Below are positions 11,679-23,315 of a DNA stretch of 33,857 nucleotides, piece after piece. Each line of letters opens with the position of its first letter. The stretch's first letter is position 1. Origin of the DNA: Chiloscyllium plagiosum (taxonomy: Eukaryota). A program made the translations under genes and the position numbers. The DNA is taken from assembly GCF_004010195.1 (NCBI RefSeq), contig NC_057719.1:32176278-32210134 (forward strand), read 5' to 3'. The notes beneath the pieces are model-generated. The model was not told the DNA's origin and ran no database searches. It saw nothing but the letters and a program-made list of their open reading frames with translations.

Positions 11679-12900
11679 TTAAATCCGTGATAACACGTCT
11701 GCGATTACGTTCTTCCGACCCGCAACATGTATGATTTTTAAATTAAAAGTCTATCATAAGATTCCAACAAAATAGTCTCATATTCTTATCTTTAAAATGT
11801 TCTAAGAATGTAAGCAGATAGTGGTCGGTGTACACAACCATCTCCGACACATTATTTGTGACATATAAATTAAAATGCTGTAAAGCCAGTACCAAACTCA
11901 ACAGCTCCTTTTCAATTGTGGAGTATTTCCTCTGGCATATGTTTTTCATCTTCGAAAAGTAATCAACTGGAAGTTCAATCCCATCCTCATCTTCCTGGAG
12001 GAGTACAGCTCCAACTCCTATGTCACTAGCATCAATGGCGGCTTTAAAGGGTTTTGAAAAGTTTGGTGTAGCTACAACTGGTTTGGTGGTTAATATCGAT
12101 TTCAAATGGTCAAATGCCTCCTGGCATGGTTCTGTCCACTGAAACCTTGTGTTCTTCTTCAGCAAATCAGTTAACGGTGCCACTACACTGCTGAAGTTTT
12201 GAACAAACCCAATAGAATCCGTTGAGTCCAAAGAATCGAAGCACCTCCTTCTTAGAGGTTGGTCGTGGAAATTCATCGATAGCCTTCACCTTTGTGTCCC
12301 GTAGAGTCAAATGTCCATGAACGATGTTATGTCCCTGCTTTTGCGAATTCTGTTTTCTTTAAGTTTATCACCAGTTTTTCTTCTTGTAATAATTCAAAGA
12401 GCTCTGCCAACTGTACCGTGTGATCTTTCCAGGACTTATTAAAGATCACTACATCATTCACATCGACTGCATAGTTTGTTAACCCAGCCACAACTCTGTA
12501 ATGAGTATCTGGAATGTGGCGGACACGTTCTTCATTCCAAAGGGCATCACTTCAAATTGATATACGCCATTTGGAGTTACAAATGCAGAAATTTCTTTCA
12601 CCTGCTAAAGATCCCTGCCAGTAACCACACATGAAGTCCATCTTGGTGATGTAACTGGCTTGTCCGACTTTCTCGATACAGTCCTCCAATTTAAGAATTG
12701 GATAAGAGTCTGATTTTGTAACAGTGTTGACCTTCCAATAATCCATGCAGAATCTTTGAGTCCTATCCGGTTTGGGAACTAAGTTGATCAGTGAACTCCA
12801 CTCACTCTGGCTTGGTTTGTTAATGTTCTTGTCAAACATAGCCTTCACCTCTATCTAAACCTGTCTGGCTTTGAAAGGATTAAGCTGATAGGGATCTTCC
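11679..12900 (-). pseudogene. pol: Reverse transcriptase and RNase H (Gypsy pol), disrupted
   Basis: SEWSS..LVPKPD..RFCMDYWKVN, MPFGMKN, degenerate YIDD (DVND), then DASDIGVGAVLLQ, YSTIEKELL, TDH, NVIADVLSRI*. Confidence 0.93.
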
Positions 12901-12999
12901 ATATCAGGGCAGTATTTCCTACATCTACCTCACGTAGCATTAGTCCTCCTCGTCTGATTCTTACATATGTCCTTGTAACAAATCTTTCAACTGCATTCT

Positions 13000-14354
13000 A
13001 TGTACCTGAGACAGATAGTTTACTAAGCTATCCCACTCCTTAAGGACTTCTTCATTTTTCAATCTATTTTGAGGCACCTCCAAATCCATATCATTTGGAT
13101 TTGATTCCTCACTCTGTGGGGCAGTAACTAACACCTTTTTCTCCAGTTCTTTCTCTCTAGTAAAAGACAGTTTCAACATGTTCACATGACATACCCGATA
13201 CATTTTTTCTATCCATTATCTTTACCAGATAGTTCACCTGACTCAACTTTTTCTCAATTTGATAGGGACCACTAAACCTGGCTTTGAAGAGATCTCCTAC
13301 CATTGGTAACAGTATTAACATGTCATCCCCTTGGGAAAATGTCCGAGTCTCAGAGCTTTTATCTGCCATCTGCTTCATTCTATACTGTGCCCTCTTTGGG
13401 TGCTGTTTAGCTAACTCACCTACTCGATTTAGTCTCTCTCTCACCTCCAACACATAATCTAAGTGTGAGATCTCTGCCTTTGGTCCAGTCAACTTTTCTT
13501 TAATTAATTTCAGAGGGCCTCTTACTTCATGGCCGAATATTAACTCAAAGGGAGTAAACTGAGTAGATTCACTTGGGGCATCTCCAATGGCAAACAATAC
13601 GAATGGGATACCTTTATCCCAATCATTCGGGTAATCCTGACAGTATGCTCTCAACATGGACTTCAAGGTCTGACGCCACCTTTCTAAAGCTCCCTGGGAT
13701 TCAGGATAATGTGCACTGGATTTAAAGTGCTGTATACCTAAGCTATATAAACTCCTTAAACAGCCTAACAGTAAAATTTGACCCTTGATCCAACTGAATC
13801 TCTCTGGGTAGCCCATACCATGTGAAGAAAGTTACTGACTTCTCTATTACCCTTTTTGCCTTTAGACTCCATAATGGAATTGTCTCCAGAAATCTGGTAG
13901 ACATATCCATCATGGTTAACAAGTACTGGTTCCCATTTCTAGTTCTCAGGAGGGGCTCTACACAATCAATTAAAACCCATGTGAGAGGTTCTTCAAATGC
14001 GGGAATTGGCAACAACGGTGCTAGTTTTATTATCACCTGTGGCTTACCTCCCATTTGGCATGTATGACTCATACGGCAAAAGTTAACCAAATCCTTGTGG
14101 ATTCCAGGACAACAAAAATGTTTTTGTACCTTAGACTGAGTCTTTCGTACCCCTCGGTGACCTCCTACAGGTAGTTCATGTGCTACCGATAACACTTCCT
14201 GTCTGTATGCTACCAGCAACACAATCTGGTGCACATCGGCCCATTTCTCCTCTGCACAAACTTGCCATGGTCTCCATTTCCATCTGAGGATTCCAAGTTT
14301 CAGATAATAACCCTCCGGAATATTCTCTGCCTCCTTTTCAGAGTACGCATCCAA
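13000..14354 (-). pseudogene. Integrase located upstream of RT, disrupted
   Basis: HHCC region (AHELPVGGH..FCRMSHTCQ), D (IDCV), D (DQGSNF), E (YPESQGALER), TPFELIFG and GPY motif. Confidence 0.93.
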
Positions 14355-14629
14355 ATTTATATCTTATATCATCTTGTCTTGCTGTTGCAAGTCTCTTAGC
14401 CTATTGGGAATAATCACTCTGTGCCTGTTCAGGGTTTCCCTGCACCATTGCGTCAAACAGGGTATCCACTAACTGAACCTCAACTCTTTCATCTTTCTCT
14501 TTACTTTTCGCTTCATGCTGTGACTTATGATAGTGGGATCTGGTTACCACACAGTCTGGGAAAATACTAGGATATTTCTGTTTTAACTCTTCAGCTTCTT
14601 GGTCTTCCTTGGGCTTCTCCACAACAAGG

Positions 14630-14900
14630 GATGTCACTCCCACTCTGGATCCTGCCAAATCAATCTCAAGAGGGAACTGAATTCCTGGAACTGACACTCT
14701 TGTCAATCCCTCCCACTGTAACTTCCCCAGTCTTAAATTGGCACTCCAACCTGATCTTACATAAGGGAATGCTAAATTTCTGTCCACCTATCCCACAAAT
14801 TACCCCACTCTCAGGTAATAGATCAGAAAGAGTGCATATTCGCTCATCCCTTACTATCAGCGACTGGTTAGATCCTGTATCTCTCAAAATAATAACTTTT
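14630..14900 (-). pseudogene. Aspartic protease remnant
   Basis: LRDTGSNQSLI..GIGG (ORF 14666-14887). Confidence 0.85.
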
Positions 14901-15106
14901 GTCCTTCTCCCCCTGCTCTTTCTGAATAAACTTTACCCACAGAGGCAAATTCTTTGTAGAGATCAGGTACTACTCCACACCCGGCCCCAATCTAGGCTGT
15001 GCACTCTCCTGCAGCTCCTCAGCTCTTCCTTTACTACCTTCACTAATGCCACTGGCTTAGCTTCTTTTACAACAACTTTTCGAACAGTGCCTTTCTTTCA
15101 TGACCA

Positions 15107-16342
15107 GCACTGTGTCTTATGTGTCCCACTTTGCCACAGTGGAAACACCTTTTCCCAGTGCCCTTCTGAATCCACTGGCACTGTAATTTTCTGTGTCCCA
15201 CTCCATTGCAGTGAAAACACCTAAAGCCTTTCACCTCCTTTCCACTCTGTTGGGCTTCTTTTTTATCCTGTGGTAAATTCTTACCAGTGCTTTCTACTCT
15301 TCATTTAATAGTGTAGGATCCACCTTTCTCCCAATTTCTATCCCTCACAGTACGAAATTCTGGCCAGAAGTTTGTCTTATGCACCATGTACTTATCTACT
15401 AATTCTGCAGCCCTTCTCAATTCCTGAACTTTCTGTTCCTCCACACAAATCATTACCATCTCTCGAAGTGAGTTTTTAAACTCCTCAAGCTGAATAATCT
15501 CTCTTTGAGCCTCAAATGTCCTATCTATTTTCAAAGCATGCACCCATTTATCAAAATGCCTATGTTTAATTCTTTTGAACGCAACCTAAGTCTGACCTGG
15601 TTTGTTCTTTGTGTTTCTGAACTGCTGTCTATATGCTTCTGGTACCAATTCATAAACACTTAAAATAGACTGTTTAACCTCTTCATAATCTCTTGACCCC
15701 TCATCTGACATCGTGGAAAATAACTCTCTAGCTCTGCCTCCTAGTTTAGTTTGAATTAGTATTACCCATAAATGTTCGGACAACTCCATCTGCCTAGCCA
15801 ATTTTTTAAATGAAATAAAAAAGGCTTCAACATCTTTCTCATCAAAATGTGGCAGAGTTTTGACATTTTATATATATTTCACTACCTTCTCTTTTAATCT
15901 CCATCCTGTTAACTTGACTTTGCTGACTAAGCCTCAAGTTCAAATTCTCTCTCTCCTTCTCCTTCCCTTTCTTCATCTCCTTGCTCAGCCAAGAACCTTT
16001 TATCTCTCTCTTTATCCTGTCTTTCTCTTTCTTCTCTCTCTCTTACTCTTTCTGTCTCCCTCCCTCTTTCCTCTCTCTCTCTGTGTTTATCTTCTAACTC
16101 CATTTTTCTCAATTGTAATTTAACTTTTTCTCCCTCTACTGCACTTGTCTGCTTCTCTTACACAATTAACTGTTTGAGTAATTCACTTCCAATTTCAGCT
16201 TTACTTTTGTCCTTGGTTAAACCCAAATCTAACTTCTTTGTTAATTCAAAAGTATGGCCTTTTTCTTTCCTTCTAAACTTACTTGGCAAATCTGAGAGTC
16301 ATCTTCAAATCCCAGAATCTCTTTAACAATTTTAAGAGCCAT
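15107..16342 (-). pseudogene. gag: gag: Glu/Arg coiled coil, SCAN-like capsid region, two CCHC knuckles
   Basis: ATG at 16342 (MALKIVKEIL), ERE-rich stretch, LPHFDEKDVEAFF, YELVPEAYRQQFRN, LEEFKNSL. Knuckles CFHCNGVGHRKLQC (15178-15219) and CFHCGKVGH.. (15107-15147, 1-nt deletion). Confidence 0.9.
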
Positions 16343-16513
16343 TTCTCTTACTTTTAATTTAATTCATCACAAGTCACTGAAATTAAACAAATGGTCTCAC
16401 CTACATTTTATTTAAAGATCTAAGACACTAACCTGCAAGTGTTTAAATCTGCTGGGATTTTTCATAACCACAAATCTATTCAAATCTGTCCAAACCAGTT
16501 CAAATCATAGACC

Positions 16514-16523
16514 CGAGCCCCCA
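16514..16523 (-). promoter_or_regulatory. Primer-binding site, tRNA-Pro type (10-nt match)
   Basis: Minus strand TGGGGGCTCG 3 nt after the LTR end. The canonical tRNA-Pro PBS is TGGGGGCTCGTCCGGGAT. Confidence 0.8.
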
Positions 16524-16526
16524 AAA

Positions 16527-16722
16527 TGTACGACACAGGATAAATCCTCCTGCTAAATTTTAAACTAGCAACACAGAAAAGACTTATCCCATGCAGTAGT
16601 CTGTAAAAATTCGAGTGGCCAAGAACTGTTTAAAGTAAAAATTAACAACTTTATTTCTTAAAGTATAACAGATAAAAATTAACTAGCCACTATTAAAAAA
16701 TTCATCCTCTAACCTATCTTTT
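16527..16722 (-). repeat. 5' LTR, PBS-proximal (R/U5) part
   Basis: TGTACGACAC... aligns with 10812-10996. Minus-strand AATAAA at 16650-16655. Confidence 0.93.
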
Positions 16723-16738
16723 GGATTCTGGGTAATGC

Positions 16739-17152
16739 CAGGAGTAGTGCCAGAAGATTGGAGGCTAGCAAATGTGGTTCCCTTGTTCAAGAAGGGGAGT
16801 AGGGATAACCCTAGTAACTATAGGCCGGTGAGTCTCACTTCTGTTGTGGGCAAAATCTTAGAGAGAATTGTAAGGGATAGGATTTATGAACATCTGGATA
16901 GGAATAATGTGATCAAGGATAGTCAGCATGGTTTTGTGAAGGGCAGGTCGTGCCTCACAAACCTTATTGAATTCTTTGAGAAGGTGACTAAGGAGGTGGA
17001 CGAGGGGAAAGCAGTAGATGTGGTGTATATGGATTTTAGTAAGGCGTTTGATAAGGTTCCCCATGGTAAACTACTGCAAAAAATACGGAGGTATGGCATT
17101 GACGGTGAGTTGGAGGTTTGGATTAGGAATTGGCAGGCTGGAAGAAGACAGA
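16739..17152 (+). mobile_element. Additional 5'-truncated CR1 RT fragment running into the gap
   Basis: Open frame GVVPEDWRLANVVPLFKKG..NYRPVSLTS..QHGF..DFSKAFDKVPH duplicates the region at 21345-21755 but differs in sequence. Confidence 0.9.
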
Positions 17153-18137
17153 NNNNNNNNNNNNNNNNNNNNNNNNNNNNNNNNNNNNNNNNNNNNNNNN
17201 NNNNNNNNNNNNNNNNNNNNNNNNNNNNNNNNNNNNNNNNNNNNNNNNNNNNNNNNNNNNNNNNNNNNNNNNNNNNNNNNNNNNNNNNNNNNNNNNNNNN
17301 NNNNNNNNNNNNNNNNNNNNNNNNNNNNNNNNNNNNNNNNNNNNNNNNNNNNNNNNNNNNNNNNNNNNNNNNNNNNNNNNNNNNNNNNNNNNNNNNNNNN
17401 NNNNNNNNNNNNNNNNNNNNNNNNNNNNNNNNNNNNNNNNNNNNNNNNNNNNNNNNNNNNNNNNNNNNNNNNNNNNNNNNNNNNNNNNNNNNNNNNNNNN
17501 NNNNNNNNNNNNNNNNNNNNNNNNNNNNNNNNNNNNNNNNNNNNNNNNNNNNNNNNNNNNNNNNNNNNNNNNNNNNNNNNNNNNNNNNNNNNNNNNNNNN
17601 NNNNNNNNNNNNNNNNNNNNNNNNNNNNNNNNNNNNNNNNNNNNNNNNNNNNNNNNNNNNNNNNNNNNNNNNNNNNNNNNNNNNNNNNNNNNNNNNNNNN
17701 NNNNNNNNNNNNNNNNNNNNNNNNNNNNNNNNNNNNNNNNNNNNNNNNNNNNNNNNNNNNNNNNNNNNNNNNNNNNNNNNNNNNNNNNNNNNNNNNNNNN
17801 NNNNNNNNNNNNNNNNNNNNNNNNNNNNNNNNNNNNNNNNNNNNNNNNNNNNNNNNNNNNNNNNNNNNNNNNNNNNNNNNNNNNNNNNNNNNNNNNNNNN
17901 NNNNNNNNNNNNNNNNNNNNNNNNNNNNNNNNNNNNNNNNNNNNNNNNNNNNNNNNNNNNNNNNNNNNNNNNNNNNNNNNNNNNNNNNNNNNNNNNNNNN
18001 NNNNNNNNNNNNNNNNNNNNNNNNNNNNNNNNNNNNNNNNNNNNNNNNNNNNNNNNNNNNNNNNNNNNNNNNNNNNNNNNNNNNNNNNNNNNNNNNNNNN
18101 NNNNNNNNNNNNNNNNNNNNNNNNNNNNNNNNNNNNN
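17153..18137. other. Assembly gap (N run)
   Basis: 985 N. Confidence 1.
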
Positions 18138-18534
18138 CAGACAAAGGAAGCACATGGTGAGGTCATTGCAGGAGGGAGAGAGAGAAAGAGAGGACCTGCA
18201 CAGTTACTGCCTTTGCTGTTTTTGAATTCATGTGTTGCTGGACATCGGAGTGCATCTGGGAAAATTAACAAACTGTGAATTTCACAACTAATCTTGGAGG
18301 AACCGGTTTGGGTAAATTTCACAACACAGAATCAGATAAGTTAATTGTTGTTTTAAGTCTGCCCAAGAGAAAGGCTGTATTAGTGAGTACAGTGGGTTCT
18401 TTCTTGATTATATGTTTTTGGAGATAAGTCTCTTGATTAAACTTAAAATATAAGCCAAAGCTATTAATTTAACCTGGAGCAGTGTTTTGTAGAGGAATAA
18501 GACGGTGTTATCTGTAGATGGTGAAAGGGCAAAA

Positions 18535-19290
18535 ATGGCCTTTGCAGTGATATGTACTTCCTGTCAGCTGTGGGAGTTTAAAGAGAGTTTAAGGGTTACT
18601 GCGGATTATATCTGCCATAAATGCTGTTGGATGCGAATCTTATCAGATTGAGTGGACAGTTAGAAGCGATGAGGAATTTGCAACAGCAACAGTATGTGAT
18701 GGATGGCAGTTATAGGAGGGGGGAATGTCTCAGATAGAGTCACATAGATGGGTTAACTCCAGGAAGGGTAAGAGAGGTAGGCAGCTAGTGCAGGAGTCTT
18801 TTGTGTATATACCCATTTCAAACAGGTATGCTGTTTTGGAAAATGTAGGGGGTGATGGATTCTCAGGGGAACATAGCACGAACAGCCAAGTTTCTGGTAT
18901 TGAGACTGGCTCTAATGCAACGAGGGGTACGTTGGCTTCTAAGAGATCAATTGTGTTAGGGGATTCTGTAGACTGAGGTACAGACAGGTGTTTCTGTAGC
19001 CAGCAGAGAAAAAGCAGAATGGTGTGTTGTTTCTCTGGTGCCAGGATCAAGGATGTCTCAGAGAGGGTGCAGAATGTTCTTACGGGGGAGAGGGGCCAGC
19101 AAGAGGTCATTGCCCACATTGGAACCAACGATATAGGAAGGGAAAAGGTTGAGATTCTAAAGGGAGACTACAGAGAGTTAGGCAGAAACTTAAAAAGGAC
19201 TTCCTCAATATCTGGATTACTCCCAGTGCTATGAGCTAGTGAGGGCAGGAATAGGAGGATAGAGCAGATGAATGCAAGGCTGAGGAGCTG
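18535..19290 (+). pseudogene. CR1 ORF1: zinc finger plus SGNH/GDSL esterase, disrupted
   Basis: MAFAVICTSCQLWE..DYICHKC, NRYAVL, IVLGDS, CFSGARIKDV, HIGTND, SGLLP. Internal stops and frameshifts. Confidence 0.9.
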
Positions 19291-19977
19291 NNNNNNNNNN
19301 NNNNNNNNNNNNNNNNNNNNNNNNNNNNNNNNNNNNNNNNNNNNNNNNNNNNNNNNNNNNNNNNNNNNNNNNNNNNNNNNNNNNNNNNNNNNNNNNNNNN
19401 NNNNNNNNNNNNNNNNNNNNNNNNNNNNNNNNNNNNNNNNNNNNNNNNNNNNNNNNNNNNNNNNNNNNNNNNNNNNNNNNNNNNNNNNNNNNNNNNNNNN
19501 NNNNNNNNNNNNNNNNNNNNNNNNNNNNNNNNNNNNNNNNNNNNNNNNNNNNNNNNNNNNNNNNNNNNNNNNNNNNNNNNNNNNNNNNNNNNNNNNNNNN
19601 NNNNNNNNNNNNNNNNNNNNNNNNNNNNNNNNNNNNNNNNNNNNNNNNNNNNNNNNNNNNNNNNNNNNNNNNNNNNNNNNNNNNNNNNNNNNNNNNNNNN
19701 NNNNNNNNNNNNNNNNNNNNNNNNNNNNNNNNNNNNNNNNNNNNNNNNNNNNNNNNNNNNNNNNNNNNNNNNNNNNNNNNNNNNNNNNNNNNNNNNNNNN
19801 NNNNNNNNNNNNNNNNNNNNNNNNNNNNNNNNNNNNNNNNNNNNNNNNNNNNNNNNNNNNNNNNNNNNNNNNNNNNNNNNNNNNNNNNNNNNNNNNNNNN
19901 NNNNNNNNNNNNNNNNNNNNNNNNNNNNNNNNNNNNNNNNNNNNNNNNNNNNNNNNNNNNNNNNNNNNNNNNNNNNN
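19291..19977. other. Assembly gap (N run)
   Basis: 687 N. Confidence 1.
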
Positions 19978-22724
19978 CCTAACAGGGAAGGCAGGTGAAC
20001 TCAGGGCATGGTTAGGAACATGGGACTGGGATATCATAGCAATTACGGAAACATGGCTCAGGGATGGGCAGGACTGGCAGCTTAATGTTCCAGGGTACAA
20101 ATGCTACAGGAAGGATAGAAAGGGAGGCAAGAAAGGAAGGGGAGTGGCATTTTTGATAAGGGATAGCATTACAGCTGTGCTGAGGGAGGATATTCCTGGA
20201 AATACATCCAGGGAAGTTATTTGGGTGGAACTGAGAAATAAGAAGGGGATGTATTATATACCCCTAATGGTCAGAGGGAAATTGAGAAACAAACTTGTAA
20301 GGAGATCTCAGCTATCTGTAAGAATAATAGGGTGATTAAGTAGGGGATTTTAACTTGCCAATCATGGACTGGGACTGCCATAGTGTTAAAGGTTTAGGTG
20401 GAGAGGAATTTGTTAAGTGCGTACAAGACAGTTTTTTGATTCAGTATGTGGATGTACTTACTAGAGAAGGTGTAAAACTTGACCAACTCTTGGGAAATAA
20501 GGCAGGGCAGATGACTGAGATGTCAGTGGGGGAGCACTTTGGGGCCAGCGACCATAATTCTATTTGTTTTAAAATCGTGGTGGAAAAGGATAGACCAGAT
20601 CTAAAAGTTGAAATTCTAAATTGGAGAAAGGCCAATTTTGACCGAATTAGGCAAAAACTTTCGAAAGCTGATTGGAGGCAGATATTGGCAGGTAAAGGGA
20701 CGGCTGGAAAATGGGAAGCCTTCAGAAATGAGATAACAAGAATCCAGAGAAAGTATATTCCTGTCAGAGTGAAAGGGAAGGCTGGTAGGTATAGGGAATG
20801 CTGGATGAATAAAGAAATTGAGGGTTTGGTTAAGAAAAAGAAGGAAGCATATGTCAGATATAGACAGGATAGATCGAGTGAATTCTTAGAAAATTATAAA
20901 GGAAGTAGGAGTATACTTAAGAGGGAAATCAGGAGGGAAAAAAGGGAACATGAGATAGTGTTGGCAAATAGAATTAAGGAGAATCCAAAGGGCTTTTACA
21001 AATATATTAAAGACAAAAGGGTAACTAGCGAGAGAATAGGGCCCCTCAAAGGTCAGCAAGGCGGCCTTTGTGTGGAGCCTCAGAAAATGGGGGAGATACT
21101 AAATGAATATTTTGCATCAGTATTTACTGTGGAAAAGGATATGGAAGATATAGACTGTAGGGAAATAGATGGTGACATCTTGCAAAATGTCCAGATTACA
21201 GAAGAGGAAGTGCTGGATGTCTTGAAACAGTTAAAGATGGATAAATCCCCAGGACCTGATCGGGTGTACCCCAGAACTCTGTGGGAAGCTCGAGAAGTGA
21301 TTGCTGGGCCTCTTACTGAGATATCTGTATCATCGATAGTCACAGGTGAAGTGCCAGAAGACTGGAGGTTGGTAAGTGCGGTGCCACTCTTTAAGAAGAG
21401 CGGTAAAGACAAGCCAGGGAACTATAGACCGGTGAGCCTGACCTTAGTGGTGGGCAAGTTGTTGGAAGGAATCCTGAGGGACAGGATGTATATGTATTTG
21501 AAAGGGCAAGGACTGATTAGGGATAGTCAACATGGCTTTGTGCATGGGAAATCATGTCTCACAAACTTGCTTGAGTTTTTTGAAGAAGTAACAAAAAAGA
21601 TTGATGAGGGCAGAGCGGTAGATGTGATCTATATGGACTTCAATAAGGCGTTCGACAAGGTTCCCCATGGGAGACTAATTAGGAAGGTGAGATCTCATGG
21701 AATACAGGGAGAACGAGCCAGTTGGATACAGAACTGGCTCAAAGGTAGAAGACAGAGGGTGGTGGTGGAAGGTTGTTTTTCAGACTGGAGGCCTGTGACC
21801 AGTGGAGTGCCATAAGGATTGATGCCGGGTCCTCTACTTTTTGTCATTTACATAAATGATTTGGATGCGAGCATAAGATTTAATAGAGTTAATAAGTTTG
21901 CAGATGGAGGTGTAGTGGACAGCGAAGAGGGTTACCTCAGATTACAACAGGATCTGGACCAGATGGGCCAATGGGCTGAGAAGTGGCAGATGGAATTTAA
22001 TTCAGATAAATGCGAGGTGCTGCATTTTGGGAAAGCAAATCTTAGCAGGACTTATACACTTAATGGTAAGGTCCTAGGGATGGTTGCAGAACAAAGAGAC
22101 CTTGGAATGCAGGTTCATAGCTCCTTGAAAGTGGAGTCATAGGTAGATAGGATAGTGAAGAAGGTGTTTGGTATGCTTTCATTTATTGGTCAGAGTATTG
22201 AGTAGAGGAGTTGGGAGGTCATGTTGTGGCTGAACAGGACATTAGTTAGGCCACTGTTGGAATATTGCATGCAATTCTGGTCTCCTTCCTATCGGAAAGA
22301 TGTTGTGAAACTTGAAAGGGTTCAGAAAAGATTTACAAGGATGTTGCCAGGGTTGGAGGATTTGAGCTATGAGGAGAGGCTGAACAGGCTAGGGCTGTTT
22401 TCCCTGGAGCGTCAGAGGCTGAGCGGTGACCTTATAGAGGTTTACACAATTATGAGGGACATGGATAGGATTAATAGACGAAGTCTTTTCCTTGGGGTGG
22501 GGGAGTCCAGAACTAGAGGGCATAGGTTTAGGTTGAGAGGGGAAAGGTATAAAAGAGACCTAAGGGGCAACTTTTTCATGCAGAGGGTGATACATGTATG
22601 GAATGAGCTGCTAGAGGATGTGGTGGAGGCTGGTATGATTGCAAACTTTAAGAGGCATTTGGATGGGTATATGGATAGGAAGGGTTTGGAGGGATATGGG
22701 GCGGGTGCTGGCAGGTGGGACTAG
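19978..22724 (+). pseudogene. CR1 ORF2: APE endonuclease plus reverse transcriptase, disrupted
   Basis: DIIAITETWL, GDFN, SDHN, KSPGPD, NYRPVSL, QHGF, DFNKAFDKVPH, SGVP*G, KFAD. Several stops and deletions. Confidence 0.95.
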
Positions 22725-22809
22725 ATTGGGTTGGGATATCTGGTCGGCATGGACGGGTTGGACCGAAGGGTCTGTTTCCATGCTGTACATCTCCATGACT
22801 CTATCTTTT

Positions 22810-23315
22810 ACATTCCCTTCTATAATACTAGCCAGATAAAACTCCCAATTTAACTTAACAAAACCACACTTCTTATCTGAATGCCAGGCAACTTTCGTGC
22901 TTCTATTCGGATCTTCCTGTGCTTTCTTTTCTTCTTAAGAATTTCTGCGTCACAGGTTACTGATTGAAAAGATACTTTTAAGAGAGCTATTTTTCGCGCA
23001 GTTTGTTTACATGCTGAGCTTGGCAGTTCTCTTCTCAACTTTCAATTTTTCCCAGACTTATACCCCCAAAGCATCGGATTGTGTCATTGGCTTTTAAGAT
23101 TGTCGATATACTCAATTCAAATTGGATTGGAATTTGATATTTTTTCGGGGTATATTTTAATCTGATTGGCTGAATTTGAATTCATGTTTATGTCTCATAG
23201 CAACACAGAGAGTGCTGTTTGTTCTGAATCTAATGTTACTTTGTAACTTCTCCAGCATTCGGTCTACTCCCCAAGTCCTTCACTCTCTTAAAGGTACACT
23301 CACATCTTCATAACA
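22810..23315 (-). repeat. 5' LTR, distal (U3/R) part
   Basis: Resumes alignment with 10997-11484 and ends TCATAACA. Minus-strand TATAAG at 23057-23062 and CCAAT at 23086, 23121, 23126 and 23165. Confidence 0.93.

Larger units (their letters stand above)
16723..22804 (+). mobile_element. Near full-length CR1 LINE inserted in the Gypsy 5' LTR
   Basis: Direct repeat ctatctttt at 16714-16722 and 22801-22809. Contains 5' UTR, ORF1, ORF2 and a 3' tail ending gactctat. Continuity across two N gaps is assumed. Confidence 0.85.
10812..23315 (-). mobile_element. Gmr1-like Ty3/Gypsy LTR retrotransposon, decayed, with nested CR1s
   Basis: Two homologous TG...CA LTRs, PBS, PPT and gag-PR-IN-RT-RH remnants. 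4-bp TSD ctat (10808-10811) / ccat (23316-23319). Confidence 0.95.

Noticed and set aside
15940..16100. CT-rich microsatellite-like tract
   Set aside because: It is the Glu/Arg coiled-coil segment of gag on the minus strand.
18138..18534. CR1 5' UTR as a captured LTR (contains ATTAAA)
   Set aside because: No alignable similarity to either LTR type in the window and no TG..CA boundaries visible.
16735..20335. Long 310-496 aa ORFs in the ORF track
   Set aside because: Artefacts of translating through N gaps.
20355..21815. 486-aa ORF as a functional or domesticated gene
   Set aside because: Internal part of CR1 ORF2, bounded by lesions, stopping before the RT catalytic motif, which is itself damaged.
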